Source: Octopus sinensis (lineage: Eukaryota). From it: a stretch of 64,000 nt of DNA. Shown here piece after piece: positions 1 to 13,269 of this stretch. The first letter of the stretch is position 1; each line of letters begins with the position of its first letter. The stretch spans positions 10,539,360-10,603,359 of the forward strand of contig NC_043019.1 of the NCBI RefSeq assembly GCF_006345805.1, written 5' to 3'. Under the pieces are notes generated by a model. It had not been told where the DNA came from. It did not search any database and saw only the letters and a list, made by a program, of their open reading frames with translations. A program made the position numbers and the translations under genes.

Positions 1-443
1 GAAGGGTCGTTGTTTATGTTACTTGTTTTGCTTTCCGTTTGTTTCTTCCATTGTTCACAAAAAAGTTTGTATTCCATATTTTCATATTTCATATTTCACG
101 TTGTTTACGTTTTATGACATCTTGTACCCATTTATGCGTACGTATATACATATATATCTAACTATGTACATTTGTGCAAGTATCTATGCATATATATATA
201 TATATATATAATATATATATATAATATATATATATAATATATGTACATTTATGTATGTATACATGCATATATATATATATATATATATATATGCATATAT
301 ATATATATATATGAATCTGTGTAACTAGCTCTAATTTCATCACTACCCTCATTAAAAGGAAGAGACGTGGGAGAGTAAAATTCAACACCTCTCATCCACC
401 CCACTTCTCTCTCTCTCCTCTCTCTCTCTCTCCATCTCTCTCT

Positions 444-502
<59 letters not shown>

Positions 503-639
503 CACTGATGTAAGAGCCGGAACGAGCTGTATAATGAACAATTAGAATCAGTACCGAAATCAGGTTACATGTTTTACACTAGAAAATGGGCGTGGGGTGT
601 AAGTGCACATTCGGTGAGGGTGACGGGACCGCCGATAAT

Positions 640-992
640 GATGGTGGTGGTGGTGGTGTGGTGGTGGTGGTGCTGGTGCTGGTGGTGCTGGTGCTGGTGG
701 TGCTGGTGGTGGTGGTGGTGACAGTGCTGGTGGTGGTGCTGGTGCTAGTGCTGGTGAGTGTCAATGACAGGGTAGTGGTGTTTACGGTGACGGTACATTT
801 AGTGATGATAATAGTGGTGGTGGTAGTGGCGGTGGTGACGGCGGTGATAATCATGAGGGTGGTGAGGGTTGTAATGGAGGGGGGGGGGAAGAATGCAACC
901 AGATTGTTTTGTCCCCATCCTCATTTCAAACACATTCCTGCTCTGGGTTTTTGTTACTGTTGTTGTGGTGGATGCTGTTTTTGCTACTGCTG

Positions 993-1051
<59 letters not shown>

Positions 1052-1429
1052 ACTACTACTACTACTACTACTACTACTAATACTACAATAACAACCAACA
1101 TTACTACTACAACCAACACTACTACTACAACTTTCACTACTATACTACTACTACTACTACTACAACCAACACTACTACTACAACCATTACTTCTGCTACT
1201 ACTACTACTACTTCAACTAACACTACTACTACTACAGCCATCACTACTACTACAACTATCTCTACTACTACTACTACAACCACCACTACTACTACTACTG
1301 TTGCTACTACTACACCTATCACTACCACTACTACTACTACTACCACTACTACTACTACTACTGCCGCTGCTACAACCAACACTACTACTACAACCATCAC
1401 TACTAATACTACAACTACTACTACCACTA

Positions 1430-1460
<31 letters not shown>

Positions 1461-1781
1461 AACCACCACTACTACTACTACTACTGCTGCTAGTGGTGCT
1501 TCTACTACCCCTGAGGACACTAACCGTTAACCTCACACCCACCCCCGCCCACAACCCAACAAGAAAAATCTCTCAGGAAATCTTTTTTATTATTTTTTCT
1601 CCTTTTTTTTTTCATTGGAATAAATTAGAAATTAACAATTTGTACAAAAACATTAAAAACAAGATAAAATAATAATAACAATAATAATAATAATAATAAA
1701 ACGTCTTCCCATTTAAATACCATAAATAGTCACATGCTACAACACATGACCAGACTGTACAACAACAGCAACTACTGCTGT

Positions 1782-1820
<39 letters not shown>

Positions 1821-2097
1821 AGTGACCATCACTGATTCTATTACCACCACCACCGCTACTACTATAACCAATACCACCACTACAGGCATCACTGTTACTA
1901 TTACTTCCACCCCCACCACAACCGCTGTTACCACCGCCACCACCACCACAACCACTACCAACACTACTACTCTTACTACCACCACCACCACGACTACTAC
2001 TATTACTACTATCACCACCACCACCACCACTTTCACCTCAACTTCTACCACCAACACCACAACCACTACCAGCACTACTATTCTTACAATTACCACC

Positions 2098-2144
<47 letters not shown>

Positions 2145-2406
2145 CACCACCTTCACTTCAACTACTACCACCAACACCACAACCACTACCAGCACTACTA
2201 CATAACCATCACCACTACCACCACCACCACAACCACCACCACTACCACCACCACCACCACCACCACTACTACTACTACTACCACCACCACCACCACCACA
2301 CTACTACTACTACAACCAACACTACTACTACTACCACTACTACTACTACCACCACCACCACCACTACACCACCACCACAACCACCACCACTACCACCACC
2401 ACCACC

Positions 2407-2438
<32 letters not shown>

Positions 2439-2670
2439 CACAACCACCTTCACTTCAACTACTACCACCAACACCACAACCACTACCAGCACTACTACAT
2501 AACCATCACCACTACCACCACCACCACAACCACCACCTACCACCACCACCACCACCACCACCACCACTACTACTACTACTACTACCACAACCACCTTCAC
2601 TTCAACTACTACCACCAACACCACAACCACTACCAGCACTACTACATAACCATCACCACTACCACTACAA
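640..2670. repeat. Trinucleotide low-complexity block ((GGT)n, (CTA)n, (CCA)n) with higher-order repeats
   Basis: Mixed ACT/ACC/ACA runs; the motif (c/t)ttcac(t/c)tcaact.ctaccaccaacaccacaaccactaccagcactacta recurs at ~2031, 2151, 2448 and 2595. Confidence 0.9.
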
Positions 2671-3954
2671 CTACCACCGTTGTCTCACCGATGAGCTCAC
2701 CCCCCCCCCACTCTTCACGAGACATCACACTGGTCTACATATGAGATTTCTCCTTCATTTGTCTGCTGTCTTTTGTTTTAACAATTGAGCAAATCAAACA
2801 AATGGGAAAAAAAAAACCTTCTACCTAGCCACACCATCTGCGAGAAACAGGTACAGCTGAAAGACACAAAAGATACAGAGATTGTCCTGAAATCACTGAG
2901 ATTAATTCTGCCACTTAGACCCACAAACAATCCTGCCAATGGTCTTCCAGGCTTCCACACAGTTTCCATCTGTTAAATCCTACACACAATATGCGATGGC
3001 TGTATAGTTAAAACGCTTTTTATTTGTTTCAGTCATTGGATTGTGGCCATGCTGGGGCACCACCTTGCATGATTTAATGAAGCAAATCAACCCCAGTACT
3101 TAGTTTTTAAGCTTTGCACCTGTTTTGTCAGATGCTTAGGCTGAACTGCTAGGTTATGGGGATGTAAACAAACCAACACTAATTGTCTAGTAGTGGTGGA
3201 GGACAAACTCAAAGACAAACAGACATGCACACACACACACATATTTCCATGGTAACAAGGCTACCAAGATGGAGATGAACACCAATGTGCCAAGTGATAG
3301 ACTTGATAATTGTGGAGACACATCTCTTTCAACATGAAACCAATGGTAGCCTTGCTAACCAACAAATGAAGAATAATTATCTAACAATGCAGTGCTGAGC
3401 ACTCATTCTCACCGTCTGGTAGTAATGTATACTTACATACATGACTGGTATCCGTGCTAGTGGATCGCTAAGAGTACCATACAAGTGAGATCATTGCCAG
3501 AGCAACAAGCTAGCCTCCGTGCTGATCGCAGACACACACACACACACACACACACATACAATGGGCTTCCTTTCAGTTTCTGTCTACCAAATTTACAAGA
3601 TTTTGGTTGAAGACACTTGACCAAGGTGCAATACAGTGAGACTGAACTATACATACATGCATGCATGCATGTATGTATGTATGTATGTATGTATGTATGT
3701 ACGTACATACTCAGAGTTTGAGAAAGCAATGTCCCTGTAAGGAATTGTTAAAAATAATCCTGATGCCAACTGGGTTTAACCAAATATATTCAGAGGACAA
3801 TCATCAATATATATGTGTATAAACAGTCACATAAAATTAAAAAGTCAATAAAAGAAAATGGAGAAGAAAAATGAAAAAAGATGCTTGGTTTGTTTTTATT
3901 TGTATTACAATTGGAAAAGTAATTCAAATTAAAAGTTGAAAAAAAAAAATGATT

Positions 3955-4351
3955 TGGCTGTGTGGTAAGTAACTTGCTAAACAACCACATGGTTCCGGGT
4001 TCAGTCCCATTGCGTGGCATCTTGGGCAAGTGTCTTGTGCTATAGCCCCGGGCCGACCAATGCCTTGTGAGTGGATTTGGTAGACGGAAACTGAAAGAAG
4101 CCTGTCGTATATATGTATATATATATATGTATGTGTGTGTGTTTGTGTGTCTGTGTTTGTCCCCCTAGCATTGTTTGACAACCGATGCTGGTGTGTTTAC
4201 ATCCCCGTCACTTAGCGGTTCGGCAAAAGAGACTGATAAAATAAGTACTGGGCTTACAAAGAATAAGTCCCGGGGTCGATTTGCTCGACTAAATGCGGTG
4301 CTCCAGCATGGCTGCAGTCAAATGACTGAAACAAGTAAAAGAGTAAAAGAG
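3955..4351 (+). mobile_element. tRNA-derived SINE, family S1
   Basis: A-box-like TGGCTGTGTGG, B-box-like GGTTCAGTCCC, CORE-like cttgggcaagtg, internal (AT)/(GT) tract, (GTAAAAGA)n tail; many near-identical copies in the window. Confidence 0.9.
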
Positions 4352-4362
4352 TATATATATAC

Positions 4363-4551
4363 AGTCGCCATGATAGATCATTAGCCACTACACACATTTT
4401 TTTCTCTCCTTGTTTTTTCTGTGTCCCTTTCTGTAGAAGAGCGTAGGCTCGAAACATAAAAGACTTTTTCTATTCCTGAGCGTTATACTAATACATCTGT
4501 TTGTTTTGTACACTACCTGTCTTCGTCTTTGTTTTTTTCGTAAACTCTCCC

Positions 4552-4552
<1 letters not shown>
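4363..4552 (+). mobile_element. Penelope-like pLTR remnant, family B, with hammerhead-like motif
   Basis: CTTT-CTGTAGA-A-GAGC-GTAG-GCTC-GAAAC-ATA-AAAG at 4427-4462; the element ends in (AT)n; homologous to 17185-17316 and 43880-44072(-). Confidence 0.65.
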
Positions 4553-4608
<56 letters not shown>

Positions 4609-5513
4609 TTTCTTAAGTAACCAGAAGATGGATTTGGTATTAATCTTTATTTTGTACAATGGTCATTTCAACCCATCATGCTACTGTCCCTTATAGGTGG
4701 GACTCCGTTCAACATGTTGTGTTGCATCCATTTTGCAGTCTGGGTCTCACCAGGTATATCCATACATAAAGTTGTATCTCGCTAAAGATCCAGAGTTTTG
4801 GGTGTCATGTTTAAGGTGGAGCTCCAGCATGGCCACAGTCAAATAACTGAAACAAGTAAAAGAATAAAAGAATATATTGTTGATGCCATAAAAATTTTAT
4901 GAATATCTGAGAGAACATGAAATAATTTTTTTTTTTTTTTGGAATAGTGTGTCTGGAAGCATACATAAAGCTATAAATAATATCATGAGGGTATTGAACT
5001 GAAAAAACCTCTTTGGGGTCGAAAAAATGTCCCACAGCCAACTTCTGATATTGTTTTTATTCAAAAGAACTTTGCAACCCAAAGTACACGTGCTGTTATT
5101 TATAGTTTTGTGTGTGCTTCAAAATATAACCGTTGCAAAAAAGAATTGTACGTTTGTGTGTGTGAACAATTTATAATTAGATCTGACATACATAATAGAA
5201 TTGACCTGGTTCCCCCTGTTCCCTTTTATGCTGGATGATCAAGGGACCTCAATGAATGGCCAGATACTGTGAAACCTGTCCAAAGTTGCTGTCACCATGA
5301 GAAAACAGATATGAGATGATGATGATGATCCTAATGATGGATATTGTTATTTTGTGAATGTGTAGCTTGTTTATATACATACATATATAATATATACCCT
5401 CTTGTATGTGTATATGTGCTAATATATATATTTTATATACTTATATATATATACATATTTATGCTAATATTTTACATATATATACATATATATATACACA
5501 TATATATATACAC

Positions 5514-5544
<31 letters not shown>

Positions 5545-5564
5545 TATATTATATATATATATTT

Positions 5565-5735
5565 AAACAATTGCAGCATGGAAGGTGTTTATAAGCCATT
5601 TAAGAAAAACACACGAAAACCGTTAGATTCACTTCAACATTTAAATTTATAAATTAAATTTAAATGTTAAAGTTAATCTAACGGATTTTGTGTTTCTTAA
5701 ATGGCTTATAAACACCTTCCATGCTGCAATTGTTT
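5565..5735. repeat. Fold-back palindrome (~85-bp arms) next to (AT)n
   Basis: aaacaattgcagcatggaaggtgtttataagccatttaagaaa and its exact reverse complement; centred near 5650. Confidence 0.9.
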
Positions 5736-5880
5736 TTGTTCCAGCACATGATCTCAGATCAGGTCACTTGCTATGCAAGTACATGTCCGTAATGTATATA
5801 TATATATATAATATATATATACTTGTATGCGTATATGTGCTAATATATATATATATATTTCGTTTATATATATATATATT

Positions 5881-6995
5881 TTGGCTCATCCCATAAATAA
5901 TGCGTTTTTTTTATACTTCTTTCATTTTTCAAAATTTAGATAAACAAAGTTCTTTTTTAATCTAGAATTTACTCTCCTTCATTTTCTACAATGCTCTTCC
6001 ATCTGTCTGGTAGATATGCAAGGCCCCTCTTCCAATATTCACTTGTCCATAATGAAAAATACCTCATCTACAGAATTCAAATTTTTTGTGTTCAAATGGT
6101 TTTGAAGACTGCAGAGTAAATGATGATTAGTTGGGGCAATGTTTGACGATTATGCTGGGTGGGGCATCGATTCCCATTCAAACTGCTCCAGCATTTGGAA
6201 TGTCATCCTTGCTGTATGTGGCCAAGCATTATCCTGATGGAAGAATACCTTTCATCTTGAAACCAAAGGTGGTCGTTTTTCTCCTAATACTGACTTGAAT
6301 GACTGGTTGAATGACCAAATCCAAGCTTCTCTGATAGTTCCTCAACAGTTACAATGGGATTTTGTTCCACCAGAGTTTGCAGGATGTCCTTGTCGAGTTC
6401 TACAGATCTTCCAGGATGAGCCTTGTCTTCTAGGCTGTAGTTTCCGGCTCAGAATTTCTGGAACCACCATTGACACTGGCTTACATTTATTGTCCTGTCC
6501 TCATATACTGTATGAATATTCCTTGCACTTTCCATTGCATTGTTGCCTTTGTTGAACTCATAAAGCAAAATATGCCAAATATGCTCCTTTGTCGCTTCCA
6601 TTATAGCTTTGAAAAAATAACTGTTAAAATCAAACTGCACTCTTCAAAACTTGCACTAAGAATAAGACCAAGATAAAATTACTACCTGCTTTTATAGCAA
6701 GTTGATGCAGGTGGTTTATCCCATCCCCATCCAACTTTTAGTTCAAAGAGGTAATTTCTACTCTCCTCCTCTGGAAGCCATCTACTCGCAATGCCAGAGG
6801 GCGCACACTCTCCTGCCCTGATGTAATCTCCAGGGATACAGGCATCCAGCAACAGGACCTCCATAATACCATGATGGACCGTGAAGTCTGGCGTAGCATG
6901 GTAAATTCCATTGTCTCGACCACGGTCAAACAATGATGAATGATGTTAGTTCATACAATTGAAAAAAAAAACGCATTATTTATGGGAAGACCCAA
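5881..6995 (-). mobile_element. Decayed mariner transposon with transposase pseudogene
   Basis: TIRs ttggctcatcccataaataatgcg / cgcattatttatgggaagacccaa(TA). The minus strand encodes the mariner N-terminal HTH (MEATKEHIWHILLYEFNKGNNA...WWFQKF) and degenerate HQDNAWPH...NIAPT catalytic motifs, with stops and deletions. Confidence 0.9.
6746..6945 (+). mobile_element. 5'-truncated RTE-type LINE 3' end nested in the mariner
   Basis: Frame reads LLLWKPSTRNARGRTLSCPDVISRDTG...MMDREVWRSMV; (TGA)n tail; 8-bp TSD TTAGTTCA at 6738-6745 and 6946-6953. Confidence 0.8.
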
Positions 6996-7034
6996 TACTT
7001 ACATATATGCCTATGTAGGCTAATGTTTATATAT

Positions 7035-7084
<50 letters not shown>

Positions 7085-7603
7085 ATATACACACATGTAC
7101 GAACTTATGTTTGCAACTGTCCAACCCATGCCAGCATGGAAAACGAATATCAAATGATGATGAGACATATATACATGTACATCCACATTTACTTTGTGTG
7201 TGTGTGTACATTTATTAGCATGTGTATGTGTGCAAATGCAAGTGTGTGTGCGTATATGTCTTTGTACGTATGTATTATGTGTCTGTGTGTACAAATACAT
7301 GCGTGTGTATGTGTGCATATGTTGTGGGTGTATGTGTTTATTTATGCACATGTACACTTGTTCATGTGTATGCAAATAGGTGCGCATGCATGCATGTATG
7401 TATGTATGTATGTATGTATGTGGATCCATGTATGTGGATCCATGTATGTGGATCCATGTGTGTGTCTGTGTGTGTGTGTGAGGAAATACTAAATTGATCT
7501 GGTTGTTTATATAAATAATTGAATGCTAATTAATTAAAAGACAATTAGTTAATTGTTGGCTGTCTGAATGCATGTATAGTTATATACACACACACATACA
7601 CAT

Positions 7604-8004
7604 ACTCTTTACTCTTTTACTCTTTTACTTGTTTCAGTCATTTGACTGCGGCCATGCTGGAGCACCGCCTTTAGTCGAGCAACTCGACCCCCGGGACTTA
7701 TTCTTTTGTAAGCCCAGTACTTATTCTATCGGTCTCTTTTGCCGAACCGCTAAGTAACGGGGACATAAACACACCAGCATCGGTTGTCAAGCAATGCTAG
7801 GGGGACACACACAAATACACGCACGCATATATATGTATACATACATATATACAACGGGCTTCTTTCAGTTTCCATCTACCAAATCCACTCACAAGGCTTT
7901 GGTCGGCCCGAGGCTATAGTAGAAGACACTTGCCCAAGGTGCCACGTAGTGGGACTGAACCCAGAACCATGTGGTTGGTAAACAAGCTACTTACCACACA
8001 GCCA
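7604..8004 (-). mobile_element. SINE S1
   Basis: Near full-length reverse-complement match to S1. Confidence 0.9.
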
Positions 8005-8295
8005 ACATATACATACATGCAAAGACACACAAGTATGCATACATACATTACATACAGACTGATAGACATATATATTTGTATGTACATGTGTTTGCATATA
8101 TATATATACACTCACACACACACATACATATACATACATGCAAAGACACATGTATATATATGTATGTGTGTGTGTGTGTGTGTATATATATATTATATAT
8201 ATATATATATATATCACACTATACATGCGTTCACATGAATGTACATATATTTGTATGAATGTATGCAAGTATATTAGTAAATATGTGTGTGTGTA

Positions 8296-8336
<41 letters not shown>

Positions 8337-9671
8337 GCATTTGTCTATTTTCTGACTTCCTGTCTCTTTTGTTTATCTGCTCTTGACCTGTATTTCAGTG
8401 CATGTGTGCACATACTTACACACACCCGTGTGTGTATGTGTGTGAGCATGTGTGTGTGAGTGTGGAGATGCGTATATATGTATATGTGAGTTTGTATGAG
8501 CGTGAGAGTGCAAGTATATATATGTGTCTAAATTTTCCCTACTGACATCAAAGCCGAAACAGCTTTTTATATTCTCTCTCAACACCATACTTATTCAAGT
8601 ACTTAACATCTACTCAACTGACCTATAAACAAGAGTACCCTACTGACACCATATTGACCCCTAACATGTGCAACCTACTTCTACCCAGTTGACCTCTAAC
8701 AGAAATACCCCCTACCAACTTCTAACCAATCTACATAGACCACGGGTGCAACACATCCCTATTCTATAGTGCCTCATGTCCCTAATGGAAAGTGGGCACA
8801 TGCTTCCTCTAGGGATGTATGTCCCCTTTGCCTGGTTGACATGTAACACAAGTACCCAAGGCCAGATTTAGACCTCGTGGGGCCAGTGCCATCTCTAAGC
8901 ATAGGCACACTGGGAAGTTACCTGGGGACCTCACAGATTAAGGGGGCCCAATTCTGATCTATGTATGCAATAGGTTGCTATTAATAAAGAAATACTATTG
9001 GGCCCACTATATTGATTTGCTTAGGGGCCTATAATGCTGCTAAGATAGCCTTAAGTGGGGTCCCTAGGATAACAGGTATTGGGGTATGTACAGTTTTTGG
9101 TAGGCGGGAAATGAAAGATGCCCATTGTGTGTGTTTGCCTTCCACCACCACTACTTAACAACCACTATTGGCTGCATGAACCATGGTTAACCATGACGCA
9201 GACCACACTAGTAAAATAAATTCAAGGCAATTTTTCTTTGGGTTTGCCATTCAGAAAGTTCTGTGGGCCACAGTTTGGCCATGACTTTTTCAGTCTGTCA
9301 ACCAGTTTGAAAACCAACACTCGGCACCTTCAGTACATTTAGCTGACCCTCATGTAATGCAAACATTCAGGACAAGTCTCTGACCTGGGGATACTTCTTT
9401 CTCTCCCACATGTCTTTTGAAGCCCCTGTCAGGGTTCATTATCCTTGCTTTTTGAACCCCATCACACAACTAAAAGAAAAACTAAAAAAAAAAAAAGCTT
9501 AAGTCTGCAGCTGTGAGATCACCTACAGCAGCCACGGGTCACCTGTGGTCTGTGGATCTGTCCCAGTGACATCATATGACCACATCATGTGATCATGTGA
9601 CTGTTGTTACACATCACTGGTCACAATGCATTTTTTGGTGTTGTTTTAGCCTTCAAATGATGCCAGCCCGC

Positions 9672-9795
9672 TGGTGCATAACCTAGTGGTTAGGTTGTTG
9701 CATTCACAATCACTAGAACGTGGGTTCAATTCTGTGACTGGGTGGCGTGGTGTGTTCTTGAGCAAAACACTTCATTTCACATTGCTCCAGTCCCC
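9672..9795 (+). mobile_element. Degenerate tRNA-derived SINE head, family S4
   Basis: acctagtggttagg...gggttcaattc...ttcttgagcaaaacactt; similar to 45868-46150. Confidence 0.55.
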
Positions 9796-10024
9796 CACCT
9801 TCGATCAAGGGGGTCCCAATGACATACCTAACAAAAAATTACCTTGAATCTTTTTTTGTAGTGTGGCCCTCCTGGTGACGAGCCATGTCTGATGTGGCCC
9901 ACTTCTCAGAAAAGGCTGTCCATGCCTGGTCTGCAGAGTAAGTTGACCTGCAAGAAATAATAACCGAATCTCCCTCAAAATTACACTTTTACCATCTTGG
10001 ATAATGTAGTCCAGTTTTTGGCTC

Positions 10025-10222
10025 CTTGCCACTGCATCCTTCAAAACTTCCATGCTTCCTGAGATTCGCCAACACTACACCTGATTTTCTCCCCTCCATA
10101 CACACGCAAGCATGTATCTGACTCATACACTGTTCACTTCCCAGACATTTATACATTACTGCATATGCTTTATACGCACTTTTGACAAGTTGTGGTGCAT
10201 CTGAGCACTGTATACAATAATT

Positions 10223-10278
<56 letters not shown>
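10025..10278 (+). mobile_element. LINE 3' end (CR1-like) with (ATT)n tail
   Basis: Short ORF end (TASFKTSMLPEIRQHYT*), a 3'UTR-like stretch, then a long (ATT)n tail; clade is inferred. Confidence 0.5.
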
Positions 10279-10627
10279 GCACATGGGAGAAAGACATGAT
10301 GTCCACTACAGCTGGACATCGTGTCTGCTTCATTAGGATTAACCCGGCATGGTCTGGTGGAGGGTTAAACAGCTATAACTACAACAGCCAAAACCAATAT
10401 AGCAGGTATGAGGTATTTCCTGCCCCCCCCCACTTTTGGAGGTGGGGTTAGAGTGTTGATGGGGGTGGGGTCAGGTCAGGTCGGTGCCAGGACACCTGAA
10501 CATTTTCTTTTGGTCACATGTGGAACGGCGTGAGCAAGGTAGTCTTGCGCGAACATTTGGAAACCTGTTGTTGATCTTTGAAAGAATTTACATATCGCAC
10601 TACACATGGCCGACTGTTGTTGTTGTG

Positions 10628-10845
10628 GCCAATGGTGGTGGTGGTGGTGGCAATGATAGTGGTGATGGTGGTGGTGGTGGGGGCAATGATAGTGGTGGTG
10701 GTGGTGGTGGTGGGGTCAATGATAGTGGTGGTGGTGGTGGTGGTGGTGGCAATGATAGTGGTGATGGTGGTGGTGGGGGCAATGATAGTGGTGGTGGTGG
10801 TGGTGGTAGCAATGATAGTGGTGATGGTGGTGGTGGGGGGGCAAG
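10628..10845. repeat. ~30-33-bp minisatellite (ggcaatgatagt(ggt)n), ~6 copies
   Basis: caatgatagtggt repeated six times with variable GGT runs. Confidence 0.85.
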
Positions 10846-11510
10846 GATTCCGTGGTAGACATGGTGGCAGCAGTGGCGGCGGTGGCAGCAGTGCATATAA
10901 TGATGATGCTGATGGTGATTGTTGTTGTGCTATCAACATCATCATCACCATCATAATCACCACCACTACCATCATCATCATCATCATCATCATCATTCTT
11001 CAGAAGTAATTTTTTTTTCTAAATATAGAATCTCTGCATCTCATTAAACCACTTGGAAATGTTATTGTTGTTGTTGTTGTTGTTGTTGTTGTTAAGTTTC
11101 TTTATTTTATTCATTAATCAAGTAACGAGCTGTGAAATAAGAGAATTTTCCTCTCAGCATTATTCAATTGCTTCTTTATTCGTCAAGCAACAAAAAAAAT
11201 ACTTTTGTATTGTTATTGTTGTTGTTATTGTTATTGTTTATTCGTATTCTTGTTTGGTTATTTTTTATGTTTATATTTTGTTATTATTTCCTATAAAGAA
11301 GAAAAAAATGTCAAATATTGCCAGGGAAATGGGAGGGGGTATGCCCTCTCCACCACCCCTCCATCCATGCCCTTCATTCACTTCCCCACCCCTGCTCTCC
11401 CTCACCACCCTACCACACTGTTGCATGAATGGACATTGTGATACCTTTAATAAAAAGCAGCAAGCACAAACACGTGTATGCAAATATATATATATAATAT
11501 ATATATATAT

Positions 11511-12101
11511 AATTTCAACAATTGAGGGTAAAATTAATTAATTATTAATCAATTTCACCAAGTGTTCAGTATGTAAAGGGACCATTTAAGGCGAATTCAA
11601 ATTATTACATTATATAAAAGGGCTTAGTAAAATAAATTACTTGCCACATACTGAACTCATTAGAAATAGTAGCTAAAAAAACTTTTTTAAAACTATTTCT
11701 AATACTTAAAGAAAATCTCTCTCATATAGTGTTTGCTCAATTCAACTCACGAAAGTATGGGGGTAAAGACATTAAAAAATCAAATGCAAAGGTTATTGAG
11801 AACGTACGTTTCAAGATTAGTCAACTCGACATTTCTATCATCAGCTCAGAACTCCTTGGTTTGGATTTGAAAACACTGAAAGTGGGAGCATACCCTTTCG
11901 GCTTCTTATCGCTTCTGAAGATCTGCTCGAAACTAACAGTGCCAGCACACCCAAAATATGCAAGCGAAGAATTTCTGCTCTCCCCTTTCCACCAGCGTGG
12001 GTTAAAATCAGTAAACACTATGCTTTTTCGGTAAAATCCGAAACATTAAATAGAGAGAGATGAATTATAATTTCAACAATTGAGGGTAAAATTAATTAAT
12101 T
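11511..12101 (-). mobile_element. ~560-bp hammerhead-bearing element with ~33-bp terminal direct repeat, flanked by (AT)n (PLE pLTR or retrozyme-like)
   Basis: aatttcaacaattgagggtaaaattaattaatt at 11511 and 12069; hammerhead motif on the minus strand; (AT)n on both sides. Confidence 0.6.
11797..11848 (-). ncRNA. Type I hammerhead ribozyme-like motif
   Basis: Minus strand reads UGAG-CUGAUGA-[stem II with GUC/GAC and AGA/UCU]-GAAAC-GUAC-GUU-CUCA; stem I UGAG/CUCA; palindromic stem III; the 10.1-11.1 pair is non-canonical. Confidence 0.6.
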
Positions 12102-12136
12102 ATATATATATATATATATACACACATATATATATA

Positions 12137-12356
12137 TACTCTTTTACTTGTTTCAGTCATTTGACTGCGGCCATGCTGGAGCACTGCCTTTAGTCGAGCA
12201 AATCGACCCCGGGACTTATTCTTTGTAAGCCTAGTACTTATTCTATCGGTCTCTTTTTGCCGAACCGCTAAGTGACGGGGGACGTAAACACACCAGCATC
12301 GGTTGTCAAGCAATGGTGGGGAGGACAAACACAGACACACAAACACATACACATAC

Positions 12357-12375
<19 letters not shown>
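12137..12375 (-). mobile_element. SINE S1, 3' half
   Basis: Tail and body match S1 up to the internal (AT)n tract. Confidence 0.85.
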
Positions 12376-12387
<12 letters not shown>

Positions 12388-12447
12388 TAACAGTGAGTTT
12401 GGAGGGATATGTTATCCAGGTGGATACCAGTTTAGCTCTCATACATA

Positions 12448-12671
12448 CAAGAGGGTGCTGAAAGTTCCTGGCTTTGAGTAAAAGAAAATACAGGAGGATC
12501 AGTTAATTATGATTTTATTCAACATATTCCCCTCTCAGATTCACACACTTATTGCAGCGGTCCTCCAGTTTTTTTTTTTCTAAACCCTGTAAAAGAACTC
12601 GGAAAGTTGGGCCTCCAACCAGGCCTTTTGCAACACTCTTAAAACCAGGAACTTTTCAGCAACCCCTTGTG
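12448..12671. mobile_element. Tc1/mariner-type MITE
   Basis: Imperfect TIRs caagagggtgctgaaagttcctgg / ccaggaacttttcagcaaccccttg, flanked by TA. Confidence 0.7.
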
Positions 12672-12685
12672 TATATATATATATA

Positions 12686-12884
12686 GTTAATCCAAACAAG
12701 AAAACACAAAAAAACACAGCAACGCGAGGACGTGGAACAAATATAGTATTATTGGACGCTCAGGAAAGAAGGGAAGAAGGAAGGTTTAACGTTTTGAGCG
12801 GAGCTCTTCATCGGAAACATAGGAAAAGGAAAGATCCAGAGAAGGGAAGACAGAGGAAAAAAAATCGCCAACGGTACACACGAG

Positions 12885-12890
<6 letters not shown>
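12686..12890 (-). mobile_element. Penelope-like pLTR remnant, family A, with minimal hammerhead motif
   Basis: Minus 12784-12818 reads GUUU-CCGAUGA-A-GAGC-UCC-GCUC-AAAAC-GUU-AAAC; homologues at 31679 and 50033; (AT)n flanks. Confidence 0.7.
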
Positions 12891-12915
<25 letters not shown>

Positions 12916-12917
<2 letters not shown>

Positions 12918-13269
12918 AAATACAAAATGGGACAAGAATGCAAAACATCCAGATAGACGATACAAAAAACACGGACAGGTCATTCGAAGCCTTTACTCTT
13001 CAGTCAAGAACCGGATCATCCTCGCAATTTCGGCTGATTAATCTTGAGATTGCTCCAATCTGGCCATTTGATCCTTTTTCCAAGAAATCTAATGCTCTTA
13101 GCTTAGTTTTTCCTTGGGGCTGGCCAGATTGGAGCAATCTCAAGATTAATCAGCCGAAATTGTGAGGCTGATCCGGTTCTTGACTGAAGATTGAAGGCTT
13201 CGAATGACCCGTGCGTATTTTTGCATCGTCTATCTGGATGCTTTGCGTTCTTGTCCCATTTTGTATTTA

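Noticed and set aside
3955-4351. Assigning published octopus SINE names (OK/OR1/OR2) to S1-S4
   Set aside because: Correspondence cannot be verified without the consensus sequences; these SINEs are probably already catalogued.
10484-10858. Gly-rich GGGGGNDS protein
   Set aside because: A trinucleotide-based minisatellite open in several frames on both strands, with a GTG start and no other coding support.
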